Assembly: GCF_009914755.1 (NCBI RefSeq)
Contig: NC_060936.1
Length of the DNA: 64,000 nt
From: the human T2T-CHM13v2.0 reference genome, Homo sapiens
Direction: 5' to 3' (one strand)
Part shown: positions 47,079-58,532 of the stretch, one piece after another
Layout: each line of letters starts with the position of its first letter
Position numbering within the stretch: position 1 is the stretch's first letter
The notes under the pieces: generated by a model
Told to the model about the DNA's origin: nothing
What the model saw: only the letters and a program-made list of their open reading frames with translations
The model's database searches: none
Program-made: the position numbers and the translations under genes

Positions 47079-48293
47079 ATGTCAGTGAAACCCAGCTGGG
47101 GGCCTGGCCCCTCGGAGGGGGTCACCGCAGTGCCTACCAGTGACCTTGGAGAGATCCACAACTGGACCGAGCTGCTTGACCTCTTCAACCACACTTTGTC
47201 TGAGTGCCACGTGGAGCTCAGCCAGAGCACCAAGCGCGTGGTCCTCTTTGCCCTCTACCTGGCCATGTTTGTGGTTGGGCTGGTGGAGAACCTCCTGGTG
47301 ATATGCGTCAACTGGCGCGGCTCAGGCCGGGCAGGGCTGATGAACCTCTACATCCTCAACATGGCCATCGCGGACCTGGGCATTGTCCTGTCTCTGCCCG
47401 TGTGGATGCTGGAGGTCACGCTGGACTACACCTGGCTCTGGGGCAGCTTCTCCTGCCGCTTCACTCACTACTTCTACTTTGTCAACATGTATAGCAGCAT
47501 CTTCTTCCTGGTGTGCCTCAGTGTCGACCGCTATGTCACCCTCACCAGCGCCTCCCCCTCCTGGCAGCGTTACCAGCACCGAGTGCGGCGGGCCATGTGT
47601 GCAGGCATCTGGGTCCTCTCGGCCATCATCCCGCTGCCTGAGGTGGTCCACATCCAGCTGGTGGAGGGCCCTGAGCCCATGTGCCTCTTCATGGCACCTT
47701 TTGAAACGTACAGCACCTGGGCCCTGGCGGTGGCCCTGTCCACCACCATCCTGGGCTTCCTGCTGCCCTTCCCTCTCATCACAGTCTTCAATGTGCTGAC
47801 AGCCTGCCGGCTGCGGCAGCCAGGACAACCCAAGAGCCGGCGCCACTGCCTGCTGCTGTGCGCCTACGTGGCCGTCTTTGTCATGTGCTGGCTGCCCTAT
47901 CATGTGACCCTGCTGCTGCTCACACTGCATGGGACCCACATCTCCCTCCACTGCCACCTGGTCCACCTGCTCTACTTCTTCTATGATGTCATTGACTGCT
48001 TCTCCATGCTGCACTGTGTCATCAACCCCATCCTTTACAACTTTCTCAGCCCACACTTCCGGGGCCGGCTCCTGAATGCTGTAGTCCATTACCTTCCTAA
48101 GGACCAGACCAAGGCGGGCACATGCGCCTCCTCTTCCTCCTGTTCCACCCAGCATTCCATCATCATCACCAAGGGTGATAGCCAGCCTGCTGCAGCAGCC
48201 CCCCACCCTGAGCCAAGCCTGAGCTTTCAGGCACACCATTTGCTTCCAAATACTTCCCCCATCTCTCCCACTCAGCCTCTTACACCCAGCTGA
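47079..48293 (+). CDS. GPR182: G protein-coupled receptor 182 / atypical chemokine receptor ACKR5, 404 aa, single coding exon
   Basis: ATG at 47079 (MSVKPSWGPG). Seven hydrophobic segments, DRYVTL, CWLPY, NPILY; Ser/Thr-rich tail. Confidence 0.97.
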   Translation: MSVKPSWGPGPSEGVTAVPTSDLGEIHNWTELLDLFNHTLSECHVELSQSTKRVVLFALYLAMFVVGLVENLLVICVNWRGSGRAGLMNLYILNMAIADLGIVLSLPVWMLEVTLDYTWLWGSFSCRFTHYFYFVNMYSSIFFLVCLSVDRYVTLTSASPSWQRYQHRVRRAMCAGIWVLSAIIPLPEVVHIQLVEGPEPMCLFMAPFETYSTWALAVALSTTILGFLLPFPLITVFNVLTACRLRQPGQPKSRRHCLLLCAYVAVFVMCWLPYHVTLLLLTLHGTHISLHCHLVHLLYFFYDVIDCFSMLHCVINPILYNFLSPHFRGRLLNAVVHYLPKDQTKAGTCASSSSCSTQHSIIITKGDSQPAAAAPHPEPSLSFQAHHLLPNTSPISPTQPLTPS

Positions 48294-50289
48294 GGTAGAG
48301 GCCAGACTCCTCCAACAGTGAAGGAAAAGGCACAGGTGAGAGTATAGGTGGGAGATTTGGGGGGATGTAGAGGGGAGGGTCAAAGCACTCGTGGTCAATT
48401 TTGAATCTATCTTAAAATACTGAGGTGTGGAGAGAGAGACAGGATCAGGAGCGATAGAGAGCAGGCCCTCAGTGTTGTACTATTTGTCTCGGTCCTTGTG
48501 TCTAAGGAGCAATGCAGAAAAAAAGGTGAAATAAATGGAAGAGATAGCCATGGACTCTGGATCTTTTAAAAATCTGCACTTCCAGCTGGGATTGGGAAGG
48601 GAGCTGAGGCTAAAGAGGTGCTCGGCAGAGGAAACTAGACACATTCATTTCATAAATCACTCTGGCTGGAAACAGTGAACTCTGCAGGAACCTCACAAAA
48701 CTCCTTTTGCGTTTGTGAGCTTGTTGATCTTCCAGCTCACTATGCAGGTTATGGGGACAAGAGGCCAGAGGCCAAGGAACCAGGCGGCCCCAGCAGGACG
48801 TTCCCTAGCTGTGCATCCTATGCACAGCCATGATAAGTGAAGGCGGATGGGGATGGCAGGGGTGGGGGCGAAGCCAAGGTCTGAGACCTGCACCCTGCAG
48901 CTGGGTCAGCAGGATGGTATCTCCACCCGCGGCCATCCAGGAAACACAGCTCCATTTCCTTGCTGACACCCTCCCCTCCCCGTTGTCCATCCTGCTCCCT
49001 CCCCACAAGCAAGAGGAGTTGTCCCAGAGTCAGCTCCTCATAGCTGACCTCTTACCAGCTTCGGATCTAGGAAACTTCCAGACTTCTAGGGAGACACAGA
49101 GCTACCAGAAAGCCCAACCCACCCCCATCTCTTTCTCTCCAGATCATAGGAAAGTATCAAGGGATGTCATTCCGGGAGCAGCCCTTGGGACAGCCAGCAG
49201 CAGGTGCTGGCAGATGCTCTGTCCTTCACCCTCTGTCCCCGGCACCAGATGGGGAAGGCCACAGTGGAAACTTCTCAATTCCGTCACAGGGCAGAGCTCT
49301 GACACTGTTATAAGTCAGTTCTCCCTGGCCATGTCTTTTCCTAATTTTCCTGTCCCACAACTTAGGTTCCTTAACACTTGTTCTACAGATGAAACAAAAA
49401 AGTCCTCTGTTAACAAGTAGACCTTCTGGAAAAGGATCACTTATGTTTGGGAGACTAGGACCCTGTCCATGAAGAACTCTGAAGTAAAGGCCTAAGAACA
49501 GGATCTAGTTTCCGCCTTCCAATTCCACGTCCTTTGCCTCTTAATCCTGCCCGTGGTAAGGGGACTGGATGGAATCACTGATAGCCTCTTCACCATCTCC
49601 TCTGTCCTGCTTAAGTGCTCCATGTGTCTGGAATGTTTAACTTGGAGTAACTACTCACTGACTTGGAGACCACCTGTTCTACTTTGAGAAATCAGAACTG
49701 TTCTGTGGATGCACTGACAGCGTGCTCCAACTGCATATGCACCCAGGTTTGTCAGGAGCATGGAAGGAAACCTGCATCTCCCTGTTTACTGGGCCCAAAC
49801 CTGAAAGGGTCTTAAGCTGCAGACAGCTTCTCAGTAGCACAGAGCTGAAGGCTTTTTGAACCAGGAGTCTGGGTTGTGGCTTGGGTCGCAGTAAGGGCTT
49901 AGCCTATCAATGCAGAATTCACATTGAAAAAGACTTTCCTCTCTTGTCCCAACACAAAAAAGCAAGCCAAGATCTGATGCCCATATCACTGCCTCCTCTG
50001 ACTTGGGCTACAGGAGTTTCCTGAAGGAAACCAAATTTTACATCTCTGTCACATTCCAGATCACCTTAGAGGCCACGCTCCCAAGATTAGTTATCACCCT
50101 GGCAGTATGAATACTTCCCTAAGGCCTCCCATCCATGGAGGGGAAGAGTGGGAACCAGCTGTTACACTCAGCATCTACTGAGCACTGATGGGAGCCCTGC
50201 CTGGGCCATGTGCTGTGGGGCCAAATGGACATCACTCCCTAACTTCTTGAGGTCTGTCTCCTCTGTGGATTCACGCATGTATCAACCTC

Positions 50290-50295
50290 ATTAAA
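50290..50295 (+). terminator. GPR182: Candidate distal GPR182 poly(A) signal ATTAAA (proximal AATAAA at 48530-48535)
   Basis: Hexamer matches downstream of the stop. Confidence 0.5.
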
Positions 50296-50719
50296 CTATG
50301 CCAAACTTTTGCCTCCTCCCTGTTTCAATCTGCCTCGCTCCACTCAAAGACACACCATGTCCCCGCAAATCAAATGGCATTGGCAAGACAAACTGTAGCC
50401 AAATCTCTCACTTAGTAACGTTAGTCCAACTAGACACGGGCAGGGACCCACCACTCTCTCTGGGCTGACGGAGGATCCTCTCAGGGATACCCCCTGAAAA
50501 GTTTGAGTCTTTGACTTAATTTCCCACTAAAAACAGGTCAACAAGTTAATCCTGGGGAATTCCAGCTACAGGAAAGGAAAATGTGCTACCTGAAAGAATT
50601 CTGGCATCTGCTGGGCAGAAATGTGCTGCTGAAAGGGTGATGAGCCCAGATATTCTGAACTCCAGGTATGAGCATATTCATAGTAGGTAGGAAGAGAACT
50701 CTCATTTCAAATTTCTTTT

Positions 50720-50725
50720 TTTATT
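50720..50725 (-). terminator. ZBTB39: Probable ZBTB39 poly(A) signal AATAAA (3'UTR ~3.9 kb)
   Basis: tttatt on the plus strand at the end of an AU-rich 3'UTR-like stretch. Confidence 0.6.
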
Positions 50726-53469
50726 CTAAATAAAAACCACACTTTGTGCTGAACAATGGAATATAAAAGAATCAGATGTACAATGATTTTAGACATCTAC
50801 TATTTGGGGAAAAAAGTTTACAAAATATACAAAACTTTACAGCAATAGATAGTAAACACTTAAATATTAGGAGGTCAGTACTTATTAATTTAATGGAAGG
50901 AGTTAGACGTCAACAACTCTTCTCTGTTTCATAAGAGACTTTAGCTATTCAAGGTGGGGGCGGCGAGTGGATTGGACAGGGGAAGGGTTTTAAAGAAACA
51001 TCAAAATCGAGTTTCATTTTCATTCTGATGTTAAGCTTATGATGCATAACCACATTGAAACTAATGCTGTGCACCCTGCCTCCTGACTCATTTGGTGCAG
51101 GATTTAGGGAAAAGAGTCCCAGATGGGTGCAGACCACCCCATAGAGCCCACTCCCATACCAATAAATACAGTGTCTATCTAGAATTTGCTTTGGAAGTTA
51201 AGCAGTCTTGGGCTTGGGGAAAGGGGCACAGAAGGAGGCCAGAGGAAGAAGAAAATTCAACACTAGCAAAAACCTGTCTAGGAAAAAGATATTTAAGCCC
51301 AAAGGTTTGGCCTGGAGACAAACAGGTACTCACAGATCAGAAAAGCAGAATATAAAAAAAAACTTTTACCCATCTCCTGGTTCTTAGGGGTCACCTGGGC
51401 CTGACCCTTATCCCACCTCCTTTCTTCCTAACTAGCCATGGACTACGGGAACTCCATGGAGTCATAAAATTTAGGACCAAATACTAAGGTTCAGCAGAGC
51501 TTCCTAGCGGGTGCTGTGGCATCAGTGAGTCACCCAGTGGGTCACTGGAGTGCCAGGATACTAATCTCTGCCTCTGGCCACATGGAGCCTCTGCTGTTTA
51601 ACCCCGGGTGCCACACAAGTATTACCATTTTCCCCTCGGAAAACAAGTTGGGAATGGCCTCATATTTGGTTTAATGCTCTATGACCACCACCTTGAAATT
51701 TTTAATAATTTATGAATAAGAGGGCTCCACAAATGATGTAGCTGGTCCTGAGTACATACCAAGAAAATGGGAGAAGAGGATGTTCAAGGCTTAAACAGAA
51801 CTTCAGAGTAACACAGAAGAGAGTAGTAAACTAGGTTCCAGGAGAGAGGGAGCAACAAAATCAAATGAACAGAAAGTCAAAACAATTAAAAATGCAAAAT
51901 AAAATGAATACCTTCTACCAGGTATCCCAGGGTGCCCTCTGCCACAATATAGTGTTTCAAGCAAAACCATTCAGAAGAGGGTGAGCTGGAGGCAGAGGAA
52001 GCAGACATGACTTTGGTGGGGTGGGGGGAAACGGGAAGTTCAGGTGTGAATACAGCGGTCACCAACAGGGAGAGGGTTTGGTCAACAAATCTCATGAGCT
52101 ACTGATCCTATGACGTATCTGACTGGGACCAACTGAGCCACCCTGATCAATCTGATCAGCCCCCGGGGGATCAGGGGATGCAGTTTTCTGTTTCGTGTTT
52201 CAAGGGCCAAGTTTCAAGGATCTGCTTTTTGGTTTACTGGCAAAAAGGGAAAACTTCACAGTTTCAGGTTAAGTACACAGACCACCCAGCATCCATGATG
52301 CCCTCTGTTAAGGAAAAAGGTTTCTCCAGCACATTTATCTGCTCTCAGCCACTCGGCTGGTTCCTGTAATTACCACCTCTCTCACACCAGCATTTCAAAA
52401 ATCAGTCCTCACCAACAGTCTGGGAGGGATTGCTCATGCTTGAAAATGTAGCAGACACTTGACTGTAGTCTGTTACACATTTCCTTCTTAAATTCTAATG
52501 GTCAGTGTGAGTAAGAAAGGGAGAAGCCAGTCAGCAATGAAGAGTCTCAACACTGCTTTCCTGATGAGGATGTCCTCAGAGGACACTGAACAAGGTGGGT
52601 TTAGATGGTCAAAGGTGGACCTTTAAACTGGCCACTGTACAAGTCCCTTCATCTAATGGTCACCCCACCAGAGAGCCAGGCACTCCAACTCTGAGGCTTT
52701 ATCAGTTCAGGGCTGGGGAGAAGCAGCAGGTCCAACAAGGATGGAGCTTTGGTTTGTCTGACATCTCAATATAAATAAAGACAGGAGGCTTCCAAACTGT
52801 GCAAATAGGTCATTCATGTCACTTGTTCCCCTCAACCCTGTCCCCAATCTACTCCATCACAGGAAGGAAGGGGGATGAAAGGCCTGGAATTTAACTGTCC
52901 CGAACTTTATAGAACATACACCCATGGCCTAAAGTGTTCCCTGGGTTTATTATGCTAGAGACAATCTGGAGAAGAAGAATTTGCTTAAGGGCTTGACATG
53001 TCTTCCCTTAGTTATACCCCTGGTTCTCCACATCTCTGGTCAAGGCTGTTCTCTGGAATATGGCTACTTGCTGGGGAGAAACTCATTTTCCTAAAGTCTC
53101 TTATACAAAAGAGATGCTGGGTAATGTGTATACAAAAACAAAAATAAATAAATATTAATGTCCAAAAAGGCTTTGTGAGTTAATGAAAACCACTTGCTTG
53201 TGAAACAGCCCGGGGTGTTGCTGAATCCCACCAGGGGCAGTGCCAGGGCTGAGGCCAGGGACTCCCAGAGCTCACCTGAGCAGGGTGAGGTAGTATGAGC
53301 TACTGAGGTGGCACCTCACAAGTATGCAAGATCGAGGGCCCTATCCCTCAAGACTTCTTTGGGCAAAGCCCCTTAGAAAACCAAGTAAGAGTGGAGCTAA
53401 CCAGCTGCGTGGGCTGTGCCGGCACACTCTGCAGCCACCCACGGAGGGCCTGAACCAGCTGCCATCCAA

Positions 53470-53486
53470 TAGCGCCCCCTGGAGGT
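53470..53486 (-). promoter_or_regulatory. CTCF-like motif CCTCCAGGGGGCGCTA in the ZBTB39 3'UTR region
   Basis: agcgccccctggagg at 53471-53485. Confidence 0.55.
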
Positions 53487-54647
53487 GATGGCAACGACAG
53501 ATCAGGATAAATTCCAGCAGGTCAAAGGTGAGCTGACAAAGCTCCGGCACTGTTAGCACAAAGTAAACAGGTTACCCGACTAGGACAGACAGTCAGAACG
53601 CACACCCTGCTACACACCACCAGTTACTCAGGTCCCTTTAATCCTGAAGGGCTCGCGGTCTGCCACTCCACCACTTCATGGAGTCAGCTCATCTACACCA
53701 CGGGCCAAACACTTCTGGACGGGAGACCAGATATAAATTAAGGCAAGGCTGCTGCTGTCAGATACATCCCCACCTCTCCACCAAGACACTCATGGCCAAC
53801 AGAAGTGGCCAAAACAGATGACTATATCAAAGTGGTTCCCTATCCTCTCTGCCCCACAGAAGGCCGGACGTCCCGGGCCATCACTCCATAAAATCCTGTT
53901 TCTTTGGAAATGAGGAGAAAAGAGAAACCTCTCCTGTCCATCCAGGCTGCCACTTCTGGTGGCACTGCAGGACACCCCTTCTGGCTGGCAGGGGTTCATC
54001 CCAAAGCTTTCTGACCTAAATAGAAAGCTCTGTGCCTAGTATGGATCTAGCTGCCAAAAGATTTTCACTGTTCAATCAGCAGATTAGGGCTGTAGATAAG
54101 CAGACACCAACATCCCTGATGTCTTGTCCCTGCTGAGGGCTGGAACCTGAGGGGACTGCCCTGCTGACCTGTCTTTTCTGAATGATCACATTCCCAAAAT
54201 CTTTCTCATTGCTGGTCATCCCAGTTGGAGGCCTGCAGTAACACCCACAGTGAAAACCTCCCTTTACCTCCTCTGTTAAGTGAGGCTGTTGGTTGGATTC
54301 TTAGCAGCATAAAACCTATCAGTAAACTAAAACTAGAGAGGCTGGGGAAGGGGGTCTAGTGGACACCAACTGCTTGACTAGATCCCAAAACCAGCCTCAA
54401 AAGAATGAAAAACATAGCCCTGCATGGGCAAGAACAGGTATGGAGGTAAATGTGATAGGGCTGTTGCTTCTCAACAACAGTAACAGCTTATGTGCTATTT
54501 CTTCTTCTTTTCTTCTTTAAACACAACACAGAACAGAATTCCTACCAAGGCAAAATTATAACTTCAGCTGGGGAGGGACCAACACCTCTTAGATATCAGC
54601 ATCCTGGCTGCTGCTTGGGAGCTCCCCGTGGCTCTGCCGGGACCCAG

Positions 54648-56786
54648 TCAACTGTCCGGGTTCTTATCCGCCTCTTTGGAATGGATGATGTACATGAAGG
54701 TCTGCTCGATGGTGAAGTCAGGGGGGAGGCTGCCTTTGTGCACACCAACATGTTTGCTCATGAGGTTAAGGGTGGAACTGTAGTGCCCACAGACTGTGCA
54801 GCGGTACATGAGGGCCCCCGAGTGTGTCTTTAGGTGGCACTTGATGGTCGAGCGGCCTCGAAAGAACTTGTGGCACACCTTACATTGGTATGGCTTCTCC
54901 CCCGTGTGGATCCGCCGGTGGTAGTTGAATTCGCTTGTGTGGGCAAATCTTTTGCCACAGACCTTGCAGCTATACTTGCTGTTCCCAGGTTGGCCCTGCA
55001 GCGCCAGCTCTTCACCCAGAAACTCCTCTGCTGGCAGCTTCCGCTTCTGGAGAGCTGGGTGCTGCAGCCCAAAACCAGGCCGTGCATCAAGGCCACTGTT
55101 GCATTTGTGCTGGCTGACGTGGTAGCGATAGGCAGCCTCTGACTTGAAGCTCTGGCTGCACAAGCGGCAGTGGAAGAGGGCGTCTTCCAGACTTTGGTGC
55201 ACAGCCATGTGCTTCTCTAGAAGATGCCAGTCCACAAAGCTGTTCGCACAGACAGAACAGGAGAAGACTGAGATGCCGAGATGGGACAGCGTGTGCCACA
55301 TGAGGCTGCAGAGGTTAAGGTGACGCTGGTCGCAGACACTGCAGGCCTGGCCCTTCAAGTTTAGATGGTCAAGGATGTGGCCCCGGACCACATGGAAATC
55401 TTTGGCCAATACTTTCCCACAGGCAGCGCATTTCAGCTCTGGGGAGGCTGCCCCTGAAAAGAGACCCAGCTTCCCTGGCAGGGGATCGTTGGGGTGGACA
55501 ATGATGTTGTTCTCAAATATTCCATCCCGTCGGTGAAGGGTCAGCTGCCACTGGGTAAAGAACTTAGTTTCACACATGTCGCAGGAGAAAAGGAAAATAC
55601 CAATGTGGGACAGGACATGAGTTACCCGGGAGTTTCGGTCCTGGAAGTGGGTCTCGCAGACCTTGCAGTTGCCCGTCAGCAGGTCCACATGGTCCCGAGC
55701 ATGCTGCCGGATCAGTTGAATGTTGGGCTCTAGAACTTTCTTGCACACCTGGCAGGGCATGGCCTTATTCTCCCGATTGTCATTCTCTCCAAAAGCCAAC
55801 TCATCCTCACTGTCATCACTCAGCTCAATCACCTCCTCAGTTGTGCCTATATCCTCAGCAGGGTCTTCAAACTGCAAGTCATCATCCCCCAGGTCCTCGA
55901 GCTGGAGCTCATCCATCTGCCCAAAGCCAGGATCTTTGGAGTGCTCACTATTGCTCAGACAGGAGTTGGTCCCAGTGGTAATGTCTACTGCATTGTCAGG
56001 GGTGAGGAAGCTGTTTTTACTGAAGTCTCCATTGCTTTGAACTTTGTATGGCTGGCAGGAGCTCGTGCTGGTCTGGATGCCCGTGCTGACAGTGCCTAGG
56101 AGTGGCTGGGTCATCATGCTAGGAATGGACGTGAAGGGAGCAGGGGTGTCATGGTCTTCTGTCTTTGGCGGTGGTGGGGGCGGTTGCGGCAGATGCAGGC
56201 TATGGTTAGCGTCACTGGCAACATTCTTCTCTTCCTCTTTATAGCTCCCTCCAGCATCACTGGGCAACACATAGTTTCTATCAGCACCAAGGTAGTCCCC
56301 ACCACCTCGGAGTTCTCCAAGGGGATGGGCAGGTTCTGCCGAAGGACAACTCAGGGTACCAGAGTGGCTCTCACTGGTGCTGGTCAGGGGCTTGGCCCTG
56401 GCAGTGCTCTCCAGATCAGGAAAGGTAGAGTGACAGGCCTGGAGGAGGTCCTCCATACCCAGACGCTCAGCTACCTCGTAGATGACCCCAACATTGATCA
56501 GGTCTGTGAAGAGTTCTGAAGTGTAGACAAAGCTCAGAACCTTCTCAAAGTTGGCAGGGGTGATGAAGTCCACCACATAGGTCCTGGCAGCATCAAGCCC
56601 AGTATTCAGGAAGAGGTTCTGGAAGTAGCCAGCTGCACAGGCCAGCACAGCCTTGTGGGCCGGGAAGGAGCGGCTCCCCACCACAATGGTGACGTCGCAC
56701 ATGGTCTCTGAGAGCCGGCACTTGTTGAGTTCCTTCAGCAGGTTGTTGGGGTGGTTGGTGCTTTGCAGTTTGATCCTCATGCCCAT
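54648..56786 (-). CDS. ZBTB39: Zinc finger and BTB domain-containing protein 39, 712 aa, single coding exon
   Basis: N-terminal BTB (CDVTIVVG...FPAHKAVLA) and multiple C2H2 fingers with an HTGEKPY linker. Acceptor at 56833-56831. Confidence 0.97.
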   Translation of the reverse strand: MGMRIKLQSTNHPNNLLKELNKCRLSETMCDVTIVVGSRSFPAHKAVLACAAGYFQNLFLNTGLDAARTYVVDFITPANFEKVLSFVYTSELFTDLINVGVIYEVAERLGMEDLLQACHSTFPDLESTARAKPLTSTSESHSGTLSCPSAEPAHPLGELRGGGDYLGADRNYVLPSDAGGSYKEEEKNVASDANHSLHLPQPPPPPPKTEDHDTPAPFTSIPSMMTQPLLGTVSTGIQTSTSSCQPYKVQSNGDFSKNSFLTPDNAVDITTGTNSCLSNSEHSKDPGFGQMDELQLEDLGDDDLQFEDPAEDIGTTEEVIELSDDSEDELAFGENDNRENKAMPCQVCKKVLEPNIQLIRQHARDHVDLLTGNCKVCETHFQDRNSRVTHVLSHIGIFLFSCDMCETKFFTQWQLTLHRRDGIFENNIIVHPNDPLPGKLGLFSGAASPELKCAACGKVLAKDFHVVRGHILDHLNLKGQACSVCDQRHLNLCSLMWHTLSHLGISVFSCSVCANSFVDWHLLEKHMAVHQSLEDALFHCRLCSQSFKSEAAYRYHVSQHKCNSGLDARPGFGLQHPALQKRKLPAEEFLGEELALQGQPGNSKYSCKVCGKRFAHTSEFNYHRRIHTGEKPYQCKVCHKFFRGRSTIKCHLKTHSGALMYRCTVCGHYSSTLNLMSKHVGVHKGSLPPDFTIEQTFMYIIHSKEADKNPDS

Positions 56787-58273
56787 CTTAGCAGCTCCTA
56801 TGAAATTACCTCCTTATCAGCACAGTTAATCTGTGGATAGCAAGAGAAAAAGATGGATGGCCAAACACATCCGTGCAAAAGAGGGGCTATGCAGGAGAAA
56901 ATACCATCACTCTGAATGCTTCCAAGCCCCAGGTAGGGATCAGGAGTAAACTGGCATGGAGAGTTCCTCCATTATGACAAGGCAATGACATCTCCCCCTG
57001 TATATACTCAAAGAGTTATGACAAAAACCAAAACGACTGATGACAATCTGATAGCTTGGTTTTAAGCTGGTGCCTAGAGACGAACCAGAGGCATTCCCTT
57101 GGACACAATCTTATACTTCATTACCAGAGCCACTGGATCAAATTTTTCTCCTATTAATTTCCTCCCAAATACAAGCTTTCCTAATTCATTGAGCATATTC
57201 TTTTCCCTCATGATGCCAAATACCATGCACATGCTTGAACACAACTATCAAAGCTCCACTAGCTACTGAGGAACATATAAGGTGGTTCCGTTTTTTAGCT
57301 TTGTCATTGCTGTGTCTTCAACCTCTCAATAATCTCCAAATAAATCTCACGTTCTTGAATCCCCATCTCTCTCTGCCTATACTACATACCCGCTCTCTGG
57401 CCTTTCGATAACCCAGAGCCCCTCCAGATATTGCTTTATCACAGTCCCTGTATTCTGTGAAGTTAAAACACTCAGAATGCACAGTAAGAAAAGTAGAACA
57501 CAACTGTGGTAGTATTTAATATTACTTTAATATGTTGTATTCTTTTTCGCCACCCTTTTCGGGGTTTATATTTTGTTGTCCCTGCACTAACAGATTTACT
57601 TGATGCCGCAAGAAAGACTTCTAATTATACAGGTAAGACTCCTAGAGGCTTGTTCACTACCACTTTCTGCCCTTTCTGACTCCTGCACGACTAAGGAAGA
57701 AGAGCTACTTGCATCCCTGTTCAGTCTCACAACTCTGCCCAACACAGCCCCTTTCTCCATCTCTCCAGATTCTAACAACTCCCAACTTTTTCTGGGGCCC
57801 AGGAAGCGTCTAAGTATTGTGGGGTACCGGCCAAGCATCTCCCGGGCCCTGGTGGCCACCCCTGAACGATGGGCGGGTCGGAGCACTGGGCAGCCAGAGG
57901 AGAGGGTGGGAGAGGGGGAAGCTGGGAACTTCCAAGGACACCCCAACAATCCCCGGGCGCCGCGGTCTCCCCTCCGGAGTCGCATCTGGGAGGGAAGGGC
58001 GCTGCATCGGCTGGGGCGCTCCCTCTGGAGGCAACGAGCGCCTCAGTCCCTCCACAAACAGCGCGGGGCTCACCCGGGTGAGCCTGTTGGGGGCATGGGG
58101 CTGAATAAGGGGCCAAGCGAGGGGCGGCGGGGCCGGCCGGGGTCGGCGCGCGGGCGGGGAGGATGGGTCCGGCCGAAGGGAGCGGGCAAGAGGGACCCCA
58201 GCAAGAGCGAGATAAATGCCGGGCCGAAGGTCGGGCTTCGGCCAGGGGCAGCCCTCGGCCTGGCCGCGCTTAC

Positions 58274-58410
58274 CCGGCTCTGCGGCGCCCCGAGCACCAT
58301 CGCCGCCGCCGCTTCACACAAAGGCCCCGGCCCGCCGTGCCCGGCCCGACGAGGAGGCGGCGCCGCCGGCCGCGGCCAGACTCTCCATCCGCCGCGCGGC
58401 TCGCCGCGAC
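58274..58410 (-). other. ZBTB39: ZBTB39 5' exon 1 (start approximate)
   Basis: Donor CGG|GTAAGC at 58274/58273 inside the CpG island. Confidence 0.7.
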
Positions 58411-58420
58411 GGCCCGGGCC

Positions 58421-58532
58421 GCCCCCGCCGCCCGGCCCGCAGCGCCCCCCGCCGTCCCGGAGGAGGCAGCGCCCCCCGCCGCCCGGCCGCAGCGCCCCCC
58501 GCCGCCCGGGAGGAGGCAGCGCCCCCCCACGG
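58421..58532. repeat. GC-rich tandem repeat: 4 x gcagcgcccccc, 50-bp higher-order period
   Basis: Units alternate 27 and 23 nt starting at 58439. Confidence 0.85.

Noticed and set aside
47322-48398. 358-aa antisense ORF over GPR182
   Set aside because: Shadow ORF expected from GC-rich codon usage on the opposite strand; no recognisable domain.
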